This document shows, in pieces, positions 18,831-30,642 of a stretch of 64,000 nt of DNA (its first letter is position 1; each line of letters starts with the position of its first letter). This DNA comes from an uncultured beta proteobacterium. GTDB taxonomy: Bacteria; Pseudomonadota; Gammaproteobacteria; Burkholderiales; Casimicrobiaceae. Where the stretch lies: NCBI GenBank assembly GCA_963821485.1, contig CAWGEB010000012.1, positions 21,517 through 85,516 on the forward strand. Direction: 5' to 3'. The notes beneath the pieces are model-generated. The model saw only the letters and a program-made list of their open reading frames with translations, was not told the DNA's origin and did not search any database. The translations under genes were made by a program, and so were the position numbers.

Positions 18831-19949
18831 CTACCGCATGCCGATCTTCGCGTTGGCGAGGACGTTGGCGGCCTCGCGCGGTGCCGCTCGCCAGTACTGC
18901 TGGGGCGCCTGGACCTGCGCGCCGAGCACGGCCGCGGCGTGCCACGGCCAGCGGGGGTTCCAGAGCAGCGCCCGCGCCATCGCCACCAGGTCGGCATCGC
19001 CCGACGCGACGATCGCTTCGGCCTGCTTCGGGTCGGTGATGAGCCCGACCGCCATGGTCGGCATCGCGGTTGCGCGTCGTATCGCGCGCGCGAGCGGCAC
19101 CTGATAGCCCGGTCCCAACGCAATCTTCTGCGCCGGCGAGATACCGCCGCTCGAGGCGTCGATCCAATCGCAGCCGGCAGCCTTGAGGCGCTGCGCGAGC
19201 ACGATGGAATCGTCGATGGTCCAGCCGCCGTCGACCCAGTCGGTCGTCGATAGGCGCACGCCCATCGGCTTGCCTTGCGGCCACACGTCGCGCACGGCCG
19301 CGAACACTTCCAGCGGGAAACGAATGCGGTTGTCGAACGATCCGCCGTACGCATCGTCACGCTGGTTCGACAGCGGCGACAGGAACTCGTTGAGCAGGTA
19401 GCCATGCGCGCAATGCAATTCGATTGCGTCGAGGCCGATGCGCCGCGCACGCCGTGCGGCCTCGACGAAGTCGCGCTTGATCTGCGCGAGACCTGCCGCA
19501 TCCAGCACCGCGGGCAGCGGTTCGTGCGCGTGCAGTGCAATCGCCGACGGGGCCACAGGCACCCATCCTCCCTCGGCGACGGGAATCAATTGCCCGCCTT
19601 CCCATGGAACCTTCGACGAACCCTTCCGGCCCGCGTGCGCCAGCTGGATGGCGACCGGCATCGCGGGAGCGTTCGCGCGTGCGATCGCCAGACGCGTGCT
19701 CAGCGCATGTTCGCAGGCATCGTCATACAGGCCGAGGCAGCCATGGGTGATGCGGCCGATCGCCGACACCGCGGTGGCTTCGATGGTGAACATGCCCGCA
19801 CCCGATTGCAGTAGCTGACCCCAGTGCACGGTGTGCCAGTCGGTGGCGCAGCCGTCCACTGCGGAGTACTGGCACATCGGGGAGACGATGATGCGGTTGG
19901 CGAGCGTGAGGTTGCGAAGCTTGAAGGGTGTGAACAGACGGGTGGACAT
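18831..19949 (-). CDS. NADH:flavin oxidoreductase, Old Yellow Enzyme family
   Basis: 372 aa; LFTPFKLRNLTLANRIIVSPMCQYS..., IELHCAHGYLLNEFLSP. Begins 3 nt after the PLD gene stop. Confidence 0.85.
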   Translation of the reverse strand: MSTRLFTPFKLRNLTLANRIIVSPMCQYSAVDGCATDWHTVHWGQLLQSGAGMFTIEATAVSAIGRITHGCLGLYDDACEHALSTRLAIARANAPAMPVAIQLAHAGRKGSSKVPWEGGQLIPVAEGGWVPVAPSAIALHAHEPLPAVLDAAGLAQIKRDFVEAARRARRIGLDAIELHCAHGYLLNEFLSPLSNQRDDAYGGSFDNRIRFPLEVFAAVRDVWPQGKPMGVRLSTTDWVDGGWTIDDSIVLAQRLKAAGCDWIDASSGGISPAQKIALGPGYQVPLARAIRRATAMPTMAVGLITDPKQAEAIVASGDADLVAMARALLWNPRWPWHAAAVLGAQVQAPQQYWRAAPREAANVLANAKIGMR

Positions 19950-19952
19950 GGC

Positions 19953-21695
19953 CTACGCCCCACCCGCCAGCCTGACGCGCGAGGCGAACGCCGCGGTCCC
20001 CTGGCGATACGCGTCGTTGACCCACTCGTCGCGCGTCTTCTTCAGCACCAGCGGATCATCCGCGGCGCCTGCCTTCACCTTCTTCTTCGCCTTGGGTCCA
20101 TGCGTGAATTCCCACACGGCGCGCGCGCGGTAGTGATTGTAAAGGCGCAGGAATTCGGCGACGTACAAGCGGCCGAGCGCCGTATTGCCCTTGATCTCGA
20201 GCAGGTTCTCGTCGTTGAAGTTGGTCGAATTGGAGCTCATGTTCGCCGATCCGGTGTAGATCGTCGGGCTGGCGGTATCGCCGTCGATCACCAGGAACTT
20301 GTGATGAATGTGCACCGCCGGAACATTGTTGCCCGGCGGCTGCAGGCTGAAGCTGCGCGTGTCGATGCCGGAGAGTTCGGGCAGGAACCCGCGCGGCGCG
20401 CTTCCGGGCCGGAAGTAGTCGTAGGTGACCGCCTTGCGATCCTTGCGCGAGCGATTGAACACCTCGACCATGATCTGCTGCTTCGCCGTATTCTTGCCTC
20501 CGGTCTTCTTCGCCTTGGCGGGGTCGGGAATGCTGTTGAGCAGGCCGTACATGATCTTGCCCTGGTCGCCCGCGTCCAGGAGTGCCTTGAGCAGTTTCTC
20601 GTCGGTGGGTGAGAACATGCAGAAGAACACCGACGAATGCGCGCCTTGCACCGCGTTGATCACGACGTCGATCGACGAACGTTTGCCCGTCGGTTCCGGC
20701 GTGAAGATCGCGCGGATCGCGGTGCCGGGAACGTCGTGCACGGCCTGCCATTTGGCGTGCGCGGCGGTTTCCGCCGTCGGCGGATCGCCGGCCAGCAGTG
20801 CGTGACGCTGCGCATACAGCGCCGCGAGTTCCGGCGAGGCGAAGGCATGCAAGAGGTTGGCCTGCACGGTCGCGGCCTCCGGCGTGAAGTTCATCGATCC
20901 CATCAGCACCGCATGTGGCTTGGTGCCCGAGTACGCGACGACATATTTGTCGTGCATCAGCGAGCGAATGTGCGTGCGTTCGTGAAACAGCTTCTTCGAC
21001 GTTTGCAGGAGACTGACCGCTGGCACATTGGTCTTGTCCCCACCCTTGCCCTTGGCCGAGGGCTTCTTGAAGAAATAGACCACGTCGAACGGACCCGGGA
21101 ATTGCTTCATGGCCGGCGTGATTTTCCACTTGTCGGTCAGGTGATAAATGCCGCAGTCGAAACGCTTGGTGCTTCCGAGGAAGTCGGGGACTGCCCGCTC
21201 GATGCCGTTCGCGAGCCAGGTCATGCGCGTCGCCAGCGGCTTGTTCTTGATGGCCGAATAGCTTTGCGACGACACCACGGCGCGATTGAACCAGGTTCCG
21301 ATCCCCCCGACGACGGGCGCGGGTACGACCACCTCTACCGTGACCGCCGCCGCGTCGACCGGATGCAGATCCTTGGCACCGGTGCCGCGGATCGGCGTGA
21401 TGGTGTAGCGCAAGTGCTTCCCCGTGTCCTTGGGGCCGATGCCGCCGTCCCACCACTGGAATTTCTGAATGGGCGCACGATCGGAGGTGCGCGGCTTGTC
21501 GCCCTTTTTCAGCGGGACGAAGTCGAGCTTGTTGAACAGGAACTGCGGCGTCCCCGTCTTGCCGTATCCCGGCGAGCGGCGGATGGAAAAGCCGAGGAAA
21601 TCCGCGTGCTTGGCACCCGCGGGCCAATCCATGCCGAGCAGCACCAGGGTGGGACTGGCGTAGGCGCGAACGACGACGGCTTCGTGATCAGGCAT
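19953..21695 (-). CDS. phospholipase D / HKD-superfamily protein with an N-terminal beta-rich domain of about 150 aa
   Basis: Two HKD motifs: HDKYVV...GSMNFT and HHKFLVIDG...GSANMS. No signal peptide or TM segment seen; 580 aa. Confidence 0.8.
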   Translation of the reverse strand: MPDHEAVVVRAYASPTLVLLGMDWPAGAKHADFLGFSIRRSPGYGKTGTPQFLFNKLDFVPLKKGDKPRTSDRAPIQKFQWWDGGIGPKDTGKHLRYTITPIRGTGAKDLHPVDAAAVTVEVVVPAPVVGGIGTWFNRAVVSSQSYSAIKNKPLATRMTWLANGIERAVPDFLGSTKRFDCGIYHLTDKWKITPAMKQFPGPFDVVYFFKKPSAKGKGGDKTNVPAVSLLQTSKKLFHERTHIRSLMHDKYVVAYSGTKPHAVLMGSMNFTPEAATVQANLLHAFASPELAALYAQRHALLAGDPPTAETAAHAKWQAVHDVPGTAIRAIFTPEPTGKRSSIDVVINAVQGAHSSVFFCMFSPTDEKLLKALLDAGDQGKIMYGLLNSIPDPAKAKKTGGKNTAKQQIMVEVFNRSRKDRKAVTYDYFRPGSAPRGFLPELSGIDTRSFSLQPPGNNVPAVHIHHKFLVIDGDTASPTIYTGSANMSSNSTNFNDENLLEIKGNTALGRLYVAEFLRLYNHYRARAVWEFTHGPKAKKKVKAGAADDPLVLKKTRDEWVNDAYRQGTAAFASRVRLAGGA

Positions 21696-21834
21696 GGCGA
21701 TCTCCTCGTATCGAATGGGTATTGATTGTGCAGCCCGATGATCGCATTCGGACGACGGTCGCGTCGCATGAATGCGCAGCGGCGAATACCGCGAATATTC
21801 GCATGGGCAAACCCAGGACAGACCACGGTCCTGG

Positions 21835-22581
21835 CTAGGTCTTGAGCCGATATCCCGTCCTGAAGATCCATGCCACGATCGCCAGCGAAATGGCCAGGAA
21901 CACCAGTGTCATGCCGATGCTCACCGCGACGCTGACATCGGCGATGTCGAAGAAGCTCCAGCGAAAGCCGCTGATCAGATAGACGACAGGATTGAACAGG
22001 CTGACCTTCTGCCAGAACGGCGGCAGCATGTCGATAGCGTAGAAGCTTCCGCCGAGAAAGGTCAGCGGCGTGATGACCAGCAGCGGCACCAGTTGCAGCT
22101 TCTCGAAGCCATCGGCCCAGATGCCGATGATGAATCCGACGAGGCTGAAGGTCACCGCGGTGAGCAGCAGGAACACGATCATCCACAGCGGATGCACGAT
22201 CTTCATCGGCACGAACAGTTCCGCCGTCGCCAGGATGATCAGGCCGAGGATGATCGATTTCGTCGCTGCCGCCCCGACATAGCTCACGACGATCTCGAGA
22301 TAGGAGACCGGCGCCGACAGCAGCTCGTAGATCGTGCCCGTGAACTTGGGAAAGTAGATCCCGAACGACGCGTTGGCGATGCTCTGCGTCAGCAGCGACA
22401 GCATGATCAGCCCCGGCACGATGAATGCGCCATAGCTGATGCCCTCCACTTCCTGGATGCGCGAGCCGATCGCCGCGCCGAAGACCACGAAATAGAGCGA
22501 GGTCGACAACACCGGCGAGATGATGCTTTGCATCAGCGTGCGTCGGGTGCGCGCCATCTCGAAGCGGTAGATCGCGCGCAT
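21835..22581 (-). CDS. ABC-2 type transporter permease
   Basis: 248 aa, six hydrophobic segments, YadH-like sequence. ATG 22581 lies 11 nt after the ATPase stop. Confidence 0.8.
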   Translation of the reverse strand: MRAIYRFEMARTRRTLMQSIISPVLSTSLYFVVFGAAIGSRIQEVEGISYGAFIVPGLIMLSLLTQSIANASFGIYFPKFTGTIYELLSAPVSYLEIVVSYVGAAATKSIILGLIILATAELFVPMKIVHPLWMIVFLLLTAVTFSLVGFIIGIWADGFEKLQLVPLLVITPLTFLGGSFYAIDMLPPFWQKVSLFNPVVYLISGFRWSFFDIADVSVAVSIGMTLVFLAISLAIVAWIFRTGYRLKT

Positions 22582-22592
22582 GGCGTGGACGT

Positions 22593-23519
<927 letters not shown>

Positions 23520-23581
23520 GGGCGCAACGATCGGACCGAGCCGGACGTGGCTCGCTCCCGATCGAGGGCCGTAGTCTACCG

Positions 23582-23857
23582 CTACTTCCCGGCGACGCGG
23601 TCTGCTTGCGCCAATTCGGCCATTTCGGCCCGGCTTGCGGTGATGGCGATGGCCGGCAGCCGGTAGACCGGGACGCCGCTCTCGTATTCGCCGGTGAAGG
23701 TTCCCGTCATCGGCGCCAGGGCTTCGGGCTTCGTCAGCGGCGACGTGGCAGGGGCATTCTTGGCGGGCGTCCAGACGGTGGCGCCAATCAAGGCGGCAGC
23801 TGCCAGCACGATGCACAGCGCGACGACGATCTTGGGGGTCCGGTTCGTGACTTGCAT
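23582..23857 (-). CDS. hypothetical single-pass membrane protein
   Basis: [29 protein letters not shown], then a tail of about 60 aa. Lies upstream of and co-oriented with the ABC genes, divergent from the regulator. Confidence 0.5.
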   Translation of the reverse strand: MQVTNRTPKIVVALCIVLAAAALIGATVWTPAKNAPATSPLTKPEALAPMTGTFTGEYESGVPVYRLPAIAITASRAEMAELAQADRVAGK

Positions 23858-24018
23858 GGCGGTTCTCCTTGGGGTGACGTTGACGACGATGCCAATGTCC
23901 GCCTGAACCCCACCTTCAGTCCTGAAGGATGCCTTAAACGTGCCTGAAACCTGCAGTCGCCCCTCTCCCGGCGGCAGGATTTGCGCGATAGACTTCAATC
24001 ACCCCATAGGAGTGAACG

Positions 24019-26626
24019 TTGAGCAACGCCGCCACGAAACGCGAAGAACACGGGTCGTACCGCTTCGGCCGCTTCGACCTGCAGCCGGAGCAGCGACGCC
24101 TGCTGGCGGACGGCCAGCCGGTCGCGCTCGGCGCACGCGCGTTCGATCTGCTCGTGGTGCTCGTCGAGCGGGCGGGGCAGCTGGTAGCGAAGAACGAGCT
24201 GATCGCGCTCGTCTGGCCCGGCCTGGTAGTGGAGGAGAACAACCTGCAGGTGCAGGTTTCCACCCTGCGCAAGTTGCTGGGTCAAAGCGCGCTCGCCACC
24301 ATTCCGGGACGCGGCTATCGATTCGAGCTGCCGGTCGAGGGCACGAGCCGCGGTTGCGCCGGATGGCGCGTCCGCAGCCAGCGTGTCTTCCGCGTCGGCT
24401 GCGGCGCCGGAACCGATGCGGGCGCGCACGAATCTGCCGAGGCAGCTGCTGTCGCTTTATGGCCGCGCGCAGGATCTGGCGACGATCAAGGAACTGCTGC
24501 GCCAGCATGTGGTGCTGACGATCGTCGGTGCGGGCGGCATCGGCAAAACGCGCGTAGCCCAGGCGGTCGCAGCGGAGGTCGCAGCGGAGTCTGCCGCCGA
24601 TGTTCCCGACGGGGTCTGGTGGGTCGAGCTGGCGGCGTTGAGCGACGGCGCACTGGTGCCGTCGGCCGTGGCGCGCGCGTTGGGCATGCAACTCCCCAAC
24701 GACCGCCCTGCCGTCGCTGTCGCGTCGCTACTCGCGTCGCAGCGACTGCTGCTCGTGCTCGACAATTGCGAGCACCTGACCGAGGCTGTCGCGGAGTTCA
24801 TCGAAACGGTGCGCGCCGCCGCGCCGCGCGTGCGCTTTCTGGTGACCAGCCAGGAATCGCTGAAAACCGTGGAAGAACATGTCTATCGCGTGGGTGCGCT
24901 GGCGATACCCGCCGACGATGGCGCGGCGAACGCGATGCAGGCGGGCGCGGTCGAACTCTTCGTCGCGCGCGCACAAGGCGTCGCTTCGAAATTCGTATTG
25001 ACGCCCGCGCACACACCGGCGGTCATCGAGATCTGCCGACGGTTGGACGGCATTCCGCTCGCGATCGAACTTGCCGCGGCGCGGGTCCCATTGCTCGGCG
25101 TCGAGGGTTTGCGCTCGCGCCTCGACGAGCGCTTCAATGTGCTCACCGCGGGTTCACGCGTTGTCCTGCGCCGGCACCAGACGCTGCGGGCGACCTTGGA
25201 ATGGAGCCACGGCCTGCTGACCCCGGACGAGCAGACCGTGTTCCGGCGGCTCGGCATCTTCGCCGGCAGTTTCTCGCTCGAGTCCGCGCAGCACGTCGCG
25301 AGCGACGATCGCATCGACGCCTGGGGCGCGCTCGATCTTCTCGGTGCACTCGTCGACAAGTCGCTCGTGCTTGCCGAGGGCGATCCGGTCCCGCGCTATC
25401 GACTGCTGGAAACGACGCGTGCATACGCGCTCGAGCGGCTCGCCGACGCCGGCGAGACGCAACGCATGCTGCGGCGGCATGCCGAAGCGATGCTCGCTTT
25501 CCTCGACGCGTATGAACGTGACGATCGGCGCTGGTCGGTCACGCAAGCCGACGTGATGGCCGCCGCGGCGGAACTCGACAACCTGCGTGCCGCGCTCGGG
25601 TGGGTGGCGACGGCCGCCGAAGGTGCCGATCTTGTTCTACCCCTGGTGAGCGTGTCCGTCCACGTGTGGTTCGCTACTTTTCATCTTGCCGAAGGCCTCG
25701 AAAGATGTCTGGCGTTGCGACAGCACGTGCACGATGGAGTCTCGCCGCGCGACGCGGCACGGTACTGGTTCACGGTGGCCAGGCTCGGCATCTATTCCAT
25801 GTGCCGAGAAAGTTTCGAAGCAGCGTCGCGGGCGGCTGCGCTCTTTCAGCGGTTGGGCGACGACAGCCGTCGCCACGACGCCCTGGTGTGCGCCGCGGTG
25901 CAAGGCTTGCGCTTTGGCACGGCCGAGGAAATGGGGCAGGCCATCGCTGAGGCGGCGCGGCTGGAACGTCCCAACTGGCCGGCACGGCAACGGGCCAACC
26001 TGCAGTTCGCCCGCTGCTGGTGGTATGCGCGGCTCGGTCGCAACGAGGAAGCGCTCGCCTGCGCGCAGCAGCAGGTGGCGATCAACCGCTCGGGAGGGAA
26101 CCTGTTCGGCGAGCAGTTCGCGATGTCCAACGTCACAGCGATCGAACTTCTCCTCGGGCGACCAGATGCCGCATTGGAACACGCACGCGCCGCCATCGCC
26201 AGGCTCGACGCTCTCGGCGCCGGCGTTGGTGCGGGGGCGGGGCATCTGTGCAACAACGCGATGATCGCCCTGATCCTGCTCAACCGGTTTGACGAGGCGA
26301 TCGCCGCCGGACGCAGGGCGCATGCGCTTCTTCTGCAGGAAGGTGATGAATATCGGCTGTTCGCGCCACTTGCGCTGCTCGCGGCGCTGCAGGGACGGCT
26401 GGCCGACGCGGCACGCATCGTCGGCCGCGACGACGCAGTCCATCTCCGTACCGGCGACCCCGTGCGGCCGAACGCAGCGCAATTGCGCGCCCGCCTCGAT
26501 CCATTGCTGGCTGCCGCATTGCCCGCGCCCGAACTCGAGCGCCTTCGCGCGGAGGGCGCCGCGATGCGCGACGAGCAGGTGTTCAAGCTGGGATTCGGCG
26601 ATATCTCAGCTGCGGCGGGTCCGTAG
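24019..26626 (+). pseudogene. OmpR/CadC-type winged-helix DNA-binding domain + STAND/AAA ATPase + TPR-like regulator, frameshifted between about 24330 and 24430
   Basis: The TTG start sits 6 nt after AGGAG. The wHTH (YRFGRFDLQPEQRRLLADGQPVALGARAFDLLVVLV...IPGRGYRFELPV) is in frame 1. The P-loop ATPase (TIVGAGGIGKTRVA, LLLVLDNCEH) and helical repeats are in the next frame (ORF 24383..26626). The span is 3n+1. Confidence 0.75.
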
Positions 26627-26631
26627 TGGCG

Positions 26632-29316
26632 ATGATGCGAAGGTCCGTTCCGGGCACGCGGAGCGCGTTCGCCGTCGCCATGGCACTGCTGTTCGCCATC
26701 GCCATGTGCGCCGCAGCGCAAGCGCCGTCGCCGCCGGAGCTCAAGCTTTCCGACACGGTCGTTCCCCTGGCATACGACCTGCAGCTCAGACTCGACGCGA
26801 ATGCCGCTACGTATTCCGGGACCGTGACGATCGACGTCCGGATCGCGGTACCGACCGACCTCATCTGGATCAACGCCACGGACCTCGAGATCGGTGACGC
26901 TCGCGCTGTCGACGTTCCGGGCATGGTAATGGCCGTCGACATCGTCGCCGGCAGCAAGGACGTCGTCGGACTGCGATTCGCACGACCTCTGGCTGCAGGA
27001 GACGTGCGCCTCACGCTGCGCTTCGTGGGAACGCTCAGCACGACCGACGTCGCCGGGCTGTTCCGGCAGAAGGATAGAGACGACTGGTACGTGCTCACGC
27101 AGATGGAACCGCTGTACGCACGACGAGCGTTCCCCTGCTTCGACGAACCGCGCTTTCGCGCGACCTGGCGCATTGTGCTGACTGTGCCCGAGGGTCAGCG
27201 CGCGTTTTCGAACATGCCGATCGAGGCTGAGCGGGCATCCGCGCCGGGCTGGCGCGAAGTCAGCTTCCGCACGTCGCCCCCGATCGCTTCGTATCTGGTG
27301 GCGATCGCAGTCGGCCCCTGGGATGTGCTCGACGGGGGCACCGCCGGAAAGAATGCGACGCCGCTACGCTACATCGCGCCGAGGGGCCGTGCGGCGGAAG
27401 CTGCCTATGCGGCGAGCGTGACGCCGGCAATCGTCGAGAGACTCGAGGCGTATTTCGGGCAACCGTTTCCGTTTCCGAAGCTCGACAGCATCACGATGCC
27501 CAATTCGGGGTTTTTCTTCGGTGCGATGGAGAACGTCGGACTCATCACGTACGACCAGTCGATTCTCCTGGCCACGCCCGACGAGGACACCACGAACTTC
27601 CGGCAGGAATATGTTTCCGCTGCGGCGCACGAGATTTCGCATCAGTGGTTCGGCAACCTGGTGACCCCGGCCTGGTGGGACGACATCTGGCTCAACGAGT
27701 CCTTTGCAACCTGGATGGGAACCAAGATCACAGACGAGGTGAAGCCCGAGTGGCGCTGGAACTTCACCCGCAGCGGGACCCGGCAACGGGCGATCGAGAA
27801 TGACCGGCTGGCTTCGGCGCGGCGCGTTCGCCAGCCGATCGAGGTTCGAAGCGATGTCATCAGTGCGTTCGATAGCATCTCCTACCAGAAGGGCGCCGCA
27901 CTACTCGTGATGTTCGAAGACTGGCTCGGCCCGGAGAAATTCCGCGATGGCGTCCGCCGGTACATGGGGAAGCATGCCTGGGGCGTGGCAACCGCCGACG
28001 ATTTCTTCGCGGCGCTCGCGGCCGAAGATGAGGTCGTCATGCCGGCGTTCCGCGCTTTCGTCGACCGGCCGGGTGTGCCTGCGCTCGCAGTGAATCTCGA
28101 CTGCGGGGGCGACCCGACGCTCCATTTGAGCCAATCGCGTTTCGCCCCAATGGGTTCGAACATCGACCCGGATGCGCGCTGGACCTTCCCGGCCTGTTTT
28201 AAGTTCGGCGGCGCAGCGCAGACCAATGACCAGTGCACGCTGGTTCGCGACGCGCAGACCGAGCTAAAACTGGGCACACCGACCTGCCCGGAATGGGTGG
28301 TCGCAAACCGCGCCGGGGTCGGCTATTTCATGCCGGTGCTGTCGTCGCAGCTCTACGGGAAGTTGCCTGCCGCGGCGCACGCCCTGGGTCCGCTGGACTG
28401 GGTCTTCCTGCTGCGAGACGCCAACATCCTTGCCAGCGCGGCGGCGATTCCGCAACCCGAGGCGCTGGAACTCGCCGCGATCGCTGTGCGGCAGAGCGAC
28501 CCGCGCGTGTACCGCCAGGCGTCGGCGATCGCCGGTGACGTGCCGCTTGCGCTTACGCAGGGTACCAACCGCACGCGATACGCAAAGTGGGTGCGCGCCA
28601 AGTTCGGACCGCGCGCCCGTGATCTCGGCTGGGAGCTGCGGGCGGGCGAGGACGCCGATACGCAGCGGTTGCGCCGCGAACTGCTGCCGCTCGTCGCGGA
28701 TCGCGGCGAGGACGTCGAACTCGCACGCGACGCACGGGCGCGAACGATGCGCTGGCCGGGGGACGCGCATGCCGTGCCCGCCGACGTCCGCCATGATCTG
28801 CTCTGGACGGCAACACACACGGCGGACCGCGACGCGACGGCCTTGTACAGGCACATCGCCTCGGTCGCCAAGTCGATGCGCGATGCGCGGGTTCGACGCG
28901 ACACTTTGCGCGCGCTGGGCGGATTCCGCGCGCAGCCGCAACAGCGCGCCGCCCTGACGTTGGTGCTAGACGCAACCTTCGAGCCTCTGGACGCGCTGCA
29001 GATCCTCGCGGGCGCGCTGGAGAACGAAAGCGCGCGCGTCAGCGCGCTGATCTGGGTCGATCGCAACTTCGATGCGCTGGCGAAACAGATCGCCGGGGAC
29101 AGTACGCAGCGGCTACCTTTCTGGGCATCCGCCGCGTGCTCCGCGGATGAGCGGGCGCTGTTCGTGACTGCATTCGCCGAACGCATGCGCAGCGTCGACG
29201 GCGGGCCGCGCAGTTACGCCAATGCGCTCGAGCGGATCGATCAGTGCATCGCCTATCGCAACGCGCAGCAACGCCCGCTCGACCGGTGGTTGACCAACGG
29301 TGGCGCGCTACGCTGA
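26632..29316 (+). CDS. M1-family aminopeptidase (aminopeptidase N-like), secreted
   Basis: Signal peptide MMRRSVPGTRSAFAVAMALLFAIAMCAAAQA. GAMEN exopeptidase motif, HEISHQWFGNLVT...WLNESFA (HExxH-18-E). Starts within 6 nt of the regulator stop. Confidence 0.85.
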   Translation: MMRRSVPGTRSAFAVAMALLFAIAMCAAAQAPSPPELKLSDTVVPLAYDLQLRLDANAATYSGTVTIDVRIAVPTDLIWINATDLEIGDARAVDVPGMVMAVDIVAGSKDVVGLRFARPLAAGDVRLTLRFVGTLSTTDVAGLFRQKDRDDWYVLTQMEPLYARRAFPCFDEPRFRATWRIVLTVPEGQRAFSNMPIEAERASAPGWREVSFRTSPPIASYLVAIAVGPWDVLDGGTAGKNATPLRYIAPRGRAAEAAYAASVTPAIVERLEAYFGQPFPFPKLDSITMPNSGFFFGAMENVGLITYDQSILLATPDEDTTNFRQEYVSAAAHEISHQWFGNLVTPAWWDDIWLNESFATWMGTKITDEVKPEWRWNFTRSGTRQRAIENDRLASARRVRQPIEVRSDVISAFDSISYQKGAALLVMFEDWLGPEKFRDGVRRYMGKHAWGVATADDFFAALAAEDEVVMPAFRAFVDRPGVPALAVNLDCGGDPTLHLSQSRFAPMGSNIDPDARWTFPACFKFGGAAQTNDQCTLVRDAQTELKLGTPTCPEWVVANRAGVGYFMPVLSSQLYGKLPAAAHALGPLDWVFLLRDANILASAAAIPQPEALELAAIAVRQSDPRVYRQASAIAGDVPLALTQGTNRTRYAKWVRAKFGPRARDLGWELRAGEDADTQRLRRELLPLVADRGEDVELARDARARTMRWPGDAHAVPADVRHDLLWTATHTADRDATALYRHIASVAKSMRDARVRRDTLRALGGFRAQPQQRAALTLVLDATFEPLDALQILAGALENESARVSALIWVDRNFDALAKQIAGDSTQRLPFWASAACSADERALFVTAFAERMRSVDGGPRSYANALERIDQCIAYRNAQQRPLDRWLTNGGALR

Positions 29317-29387
29317 CGCGCCGCGCATCACCGAATAGTGGGTATCGCCCGCGGATTGCCGAGAAACCGTGGTCCATCCCGGCTTGG

Positions 29388-30596
29388 CTAGCGCAGCGCC
29401 GGAATGAATCCCGCGAACGCGCTGATGACGATGGCGTTGGCGATGTCGATCAGGAATGCCCCGACCACCGGAACCAGGATGAAGGCCAGCGGCGCGTAGC
29501 CGTAGCGTTCGCACACCGCGTGCATGTTAGCGATGGCGGTCGGTGTCGCGCCGAGCCCGAATCCGCATTGGCCGGCGACCAGCGCAGCCGCTTCGTAGTT
29601 CGAACCCATGACGCGGAAGGTGATGAGCGTGGTGAACAGCGCCACGCCGATTGCCTGCAGCGCGAGGATCACGAACATCGGCAGCGCGAGCGCGGCCAGT
29701 TCCCACAGCCGCAGGCTCATCAGCGCCATGGCGAGGAACAGCGCGAGCGCCACGCTGCCCGCGAAGTCGAGTGCCTCGCCGTCGATCTCGTGCAGCTTTG
29801 CCATGGCCAGACCGTTGCGAAGCACGGCGCCGACGAACAGCGTCCACACGAAAGTCGGCAGCGTGAACGTCGGATTTTCAGCGAGGCGCGACAGCGCGGC
29901 GCCGAGCGCGATGCTGGCGGCGATCAGCAGGATCGTCACCGTGAGCCGTTGCGGCGTGAATGCGCCGGCGGCTTCGGCCGCGTCGTGCGCCATCGCCTCG
30001 GTCTGCGCTACGCCGAGGGGCGCGCCGTGCGCCTTGAGTCGCTCGATCAGTCGCTGCGCCACGGGCCCGCCGATGAGTCCGCCCATCATCAGGCCAAACG
30101 TCGCCGCCGCGAGCGCGATCCCGGGCGCGGCAGCGAGACCGAAGTTCTCGGCGAAGCGCTGGCCCCACGCCGCACCGGTGCCGTGGCCGCCCGCCATCGT
30201 CACCGACCCGGCGATCAGGCCGATCAGCGGGTCGAGGCCCATGGCCCACGCGGCGCCGACGCCGATCATGTTCTGCATGATCAGCATGCCGACGACGCAG
30301 GCGCTGAACATCAGCAGGGGAATCCCGCCGCGCGCGAGCATGCGCGCGTCGGCGCCGAGGCCGATGGTGGCGAAGAACGCGAGCATTAGGCCGGGCTGCA
30401 TCGAGGTGTCGAAGCTCACCTTCACCCCGGCGACGTGCACGAGGGTGATGAGCAGCGCGGCCACGAGCCCGCCGACGACCGGTTCGGGGATCGAATACTT
30501 GCGCAGGAACGCGACGTGCTCGATCAGCCTGCGGCCGACAACGAGCACGAGCGCGGCGATCGCCAGCGTGGCCGGAACCCCGAACTGCCAACTCAC
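29388..30596 (-). CDS. gltS: sodium/glutamate symporter
   Basis: 402 aa polytopic protein with a GltS-like sequence throughout (LRKYSIPEPVVGG..., SVTMAGGHGTGAAWG). Confidence 0.8.
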   Translation of the reverse strand: MSWQFGVPATLAIAALVLVVGRRLIEHVAFLRKYSIPEPVVGGLVAALLITLVHVAGVKVSFDTSMQPGLMLAFFATIGLGADARMLARGGIPLLMFSACVVGMLIMQNMIGVGAAWAMGLDPLIGLIAGSVTMAGGHGTGAAWGQRFAENFGLAAAPGIALAAATFGLMMGGLIGGPVAQRLIERLKAHGAPLGVAQTEAMAHDAAEAAGAFTPQRLTVTILLIAASIALGAALSRLAENPTFTLPTFVWTLFVGAVLRNGLAMAKLHEIDGEALDFAGSVALALFLAMALMSLRLWELAALALPMFVILALQAIGVALFTTLITFRVMGSNYEAAALVAGQCGFGLGATPTAIANMHAVCERYGYAPLAFILVPVVGAFLIDIANAIVISAFAGFIPALR

Positions 30597-30642
30597 GGCG
30601 GGTTGCGCGCCATCGTCTTCAGTCGCGACGAGGGAGCGGCGC

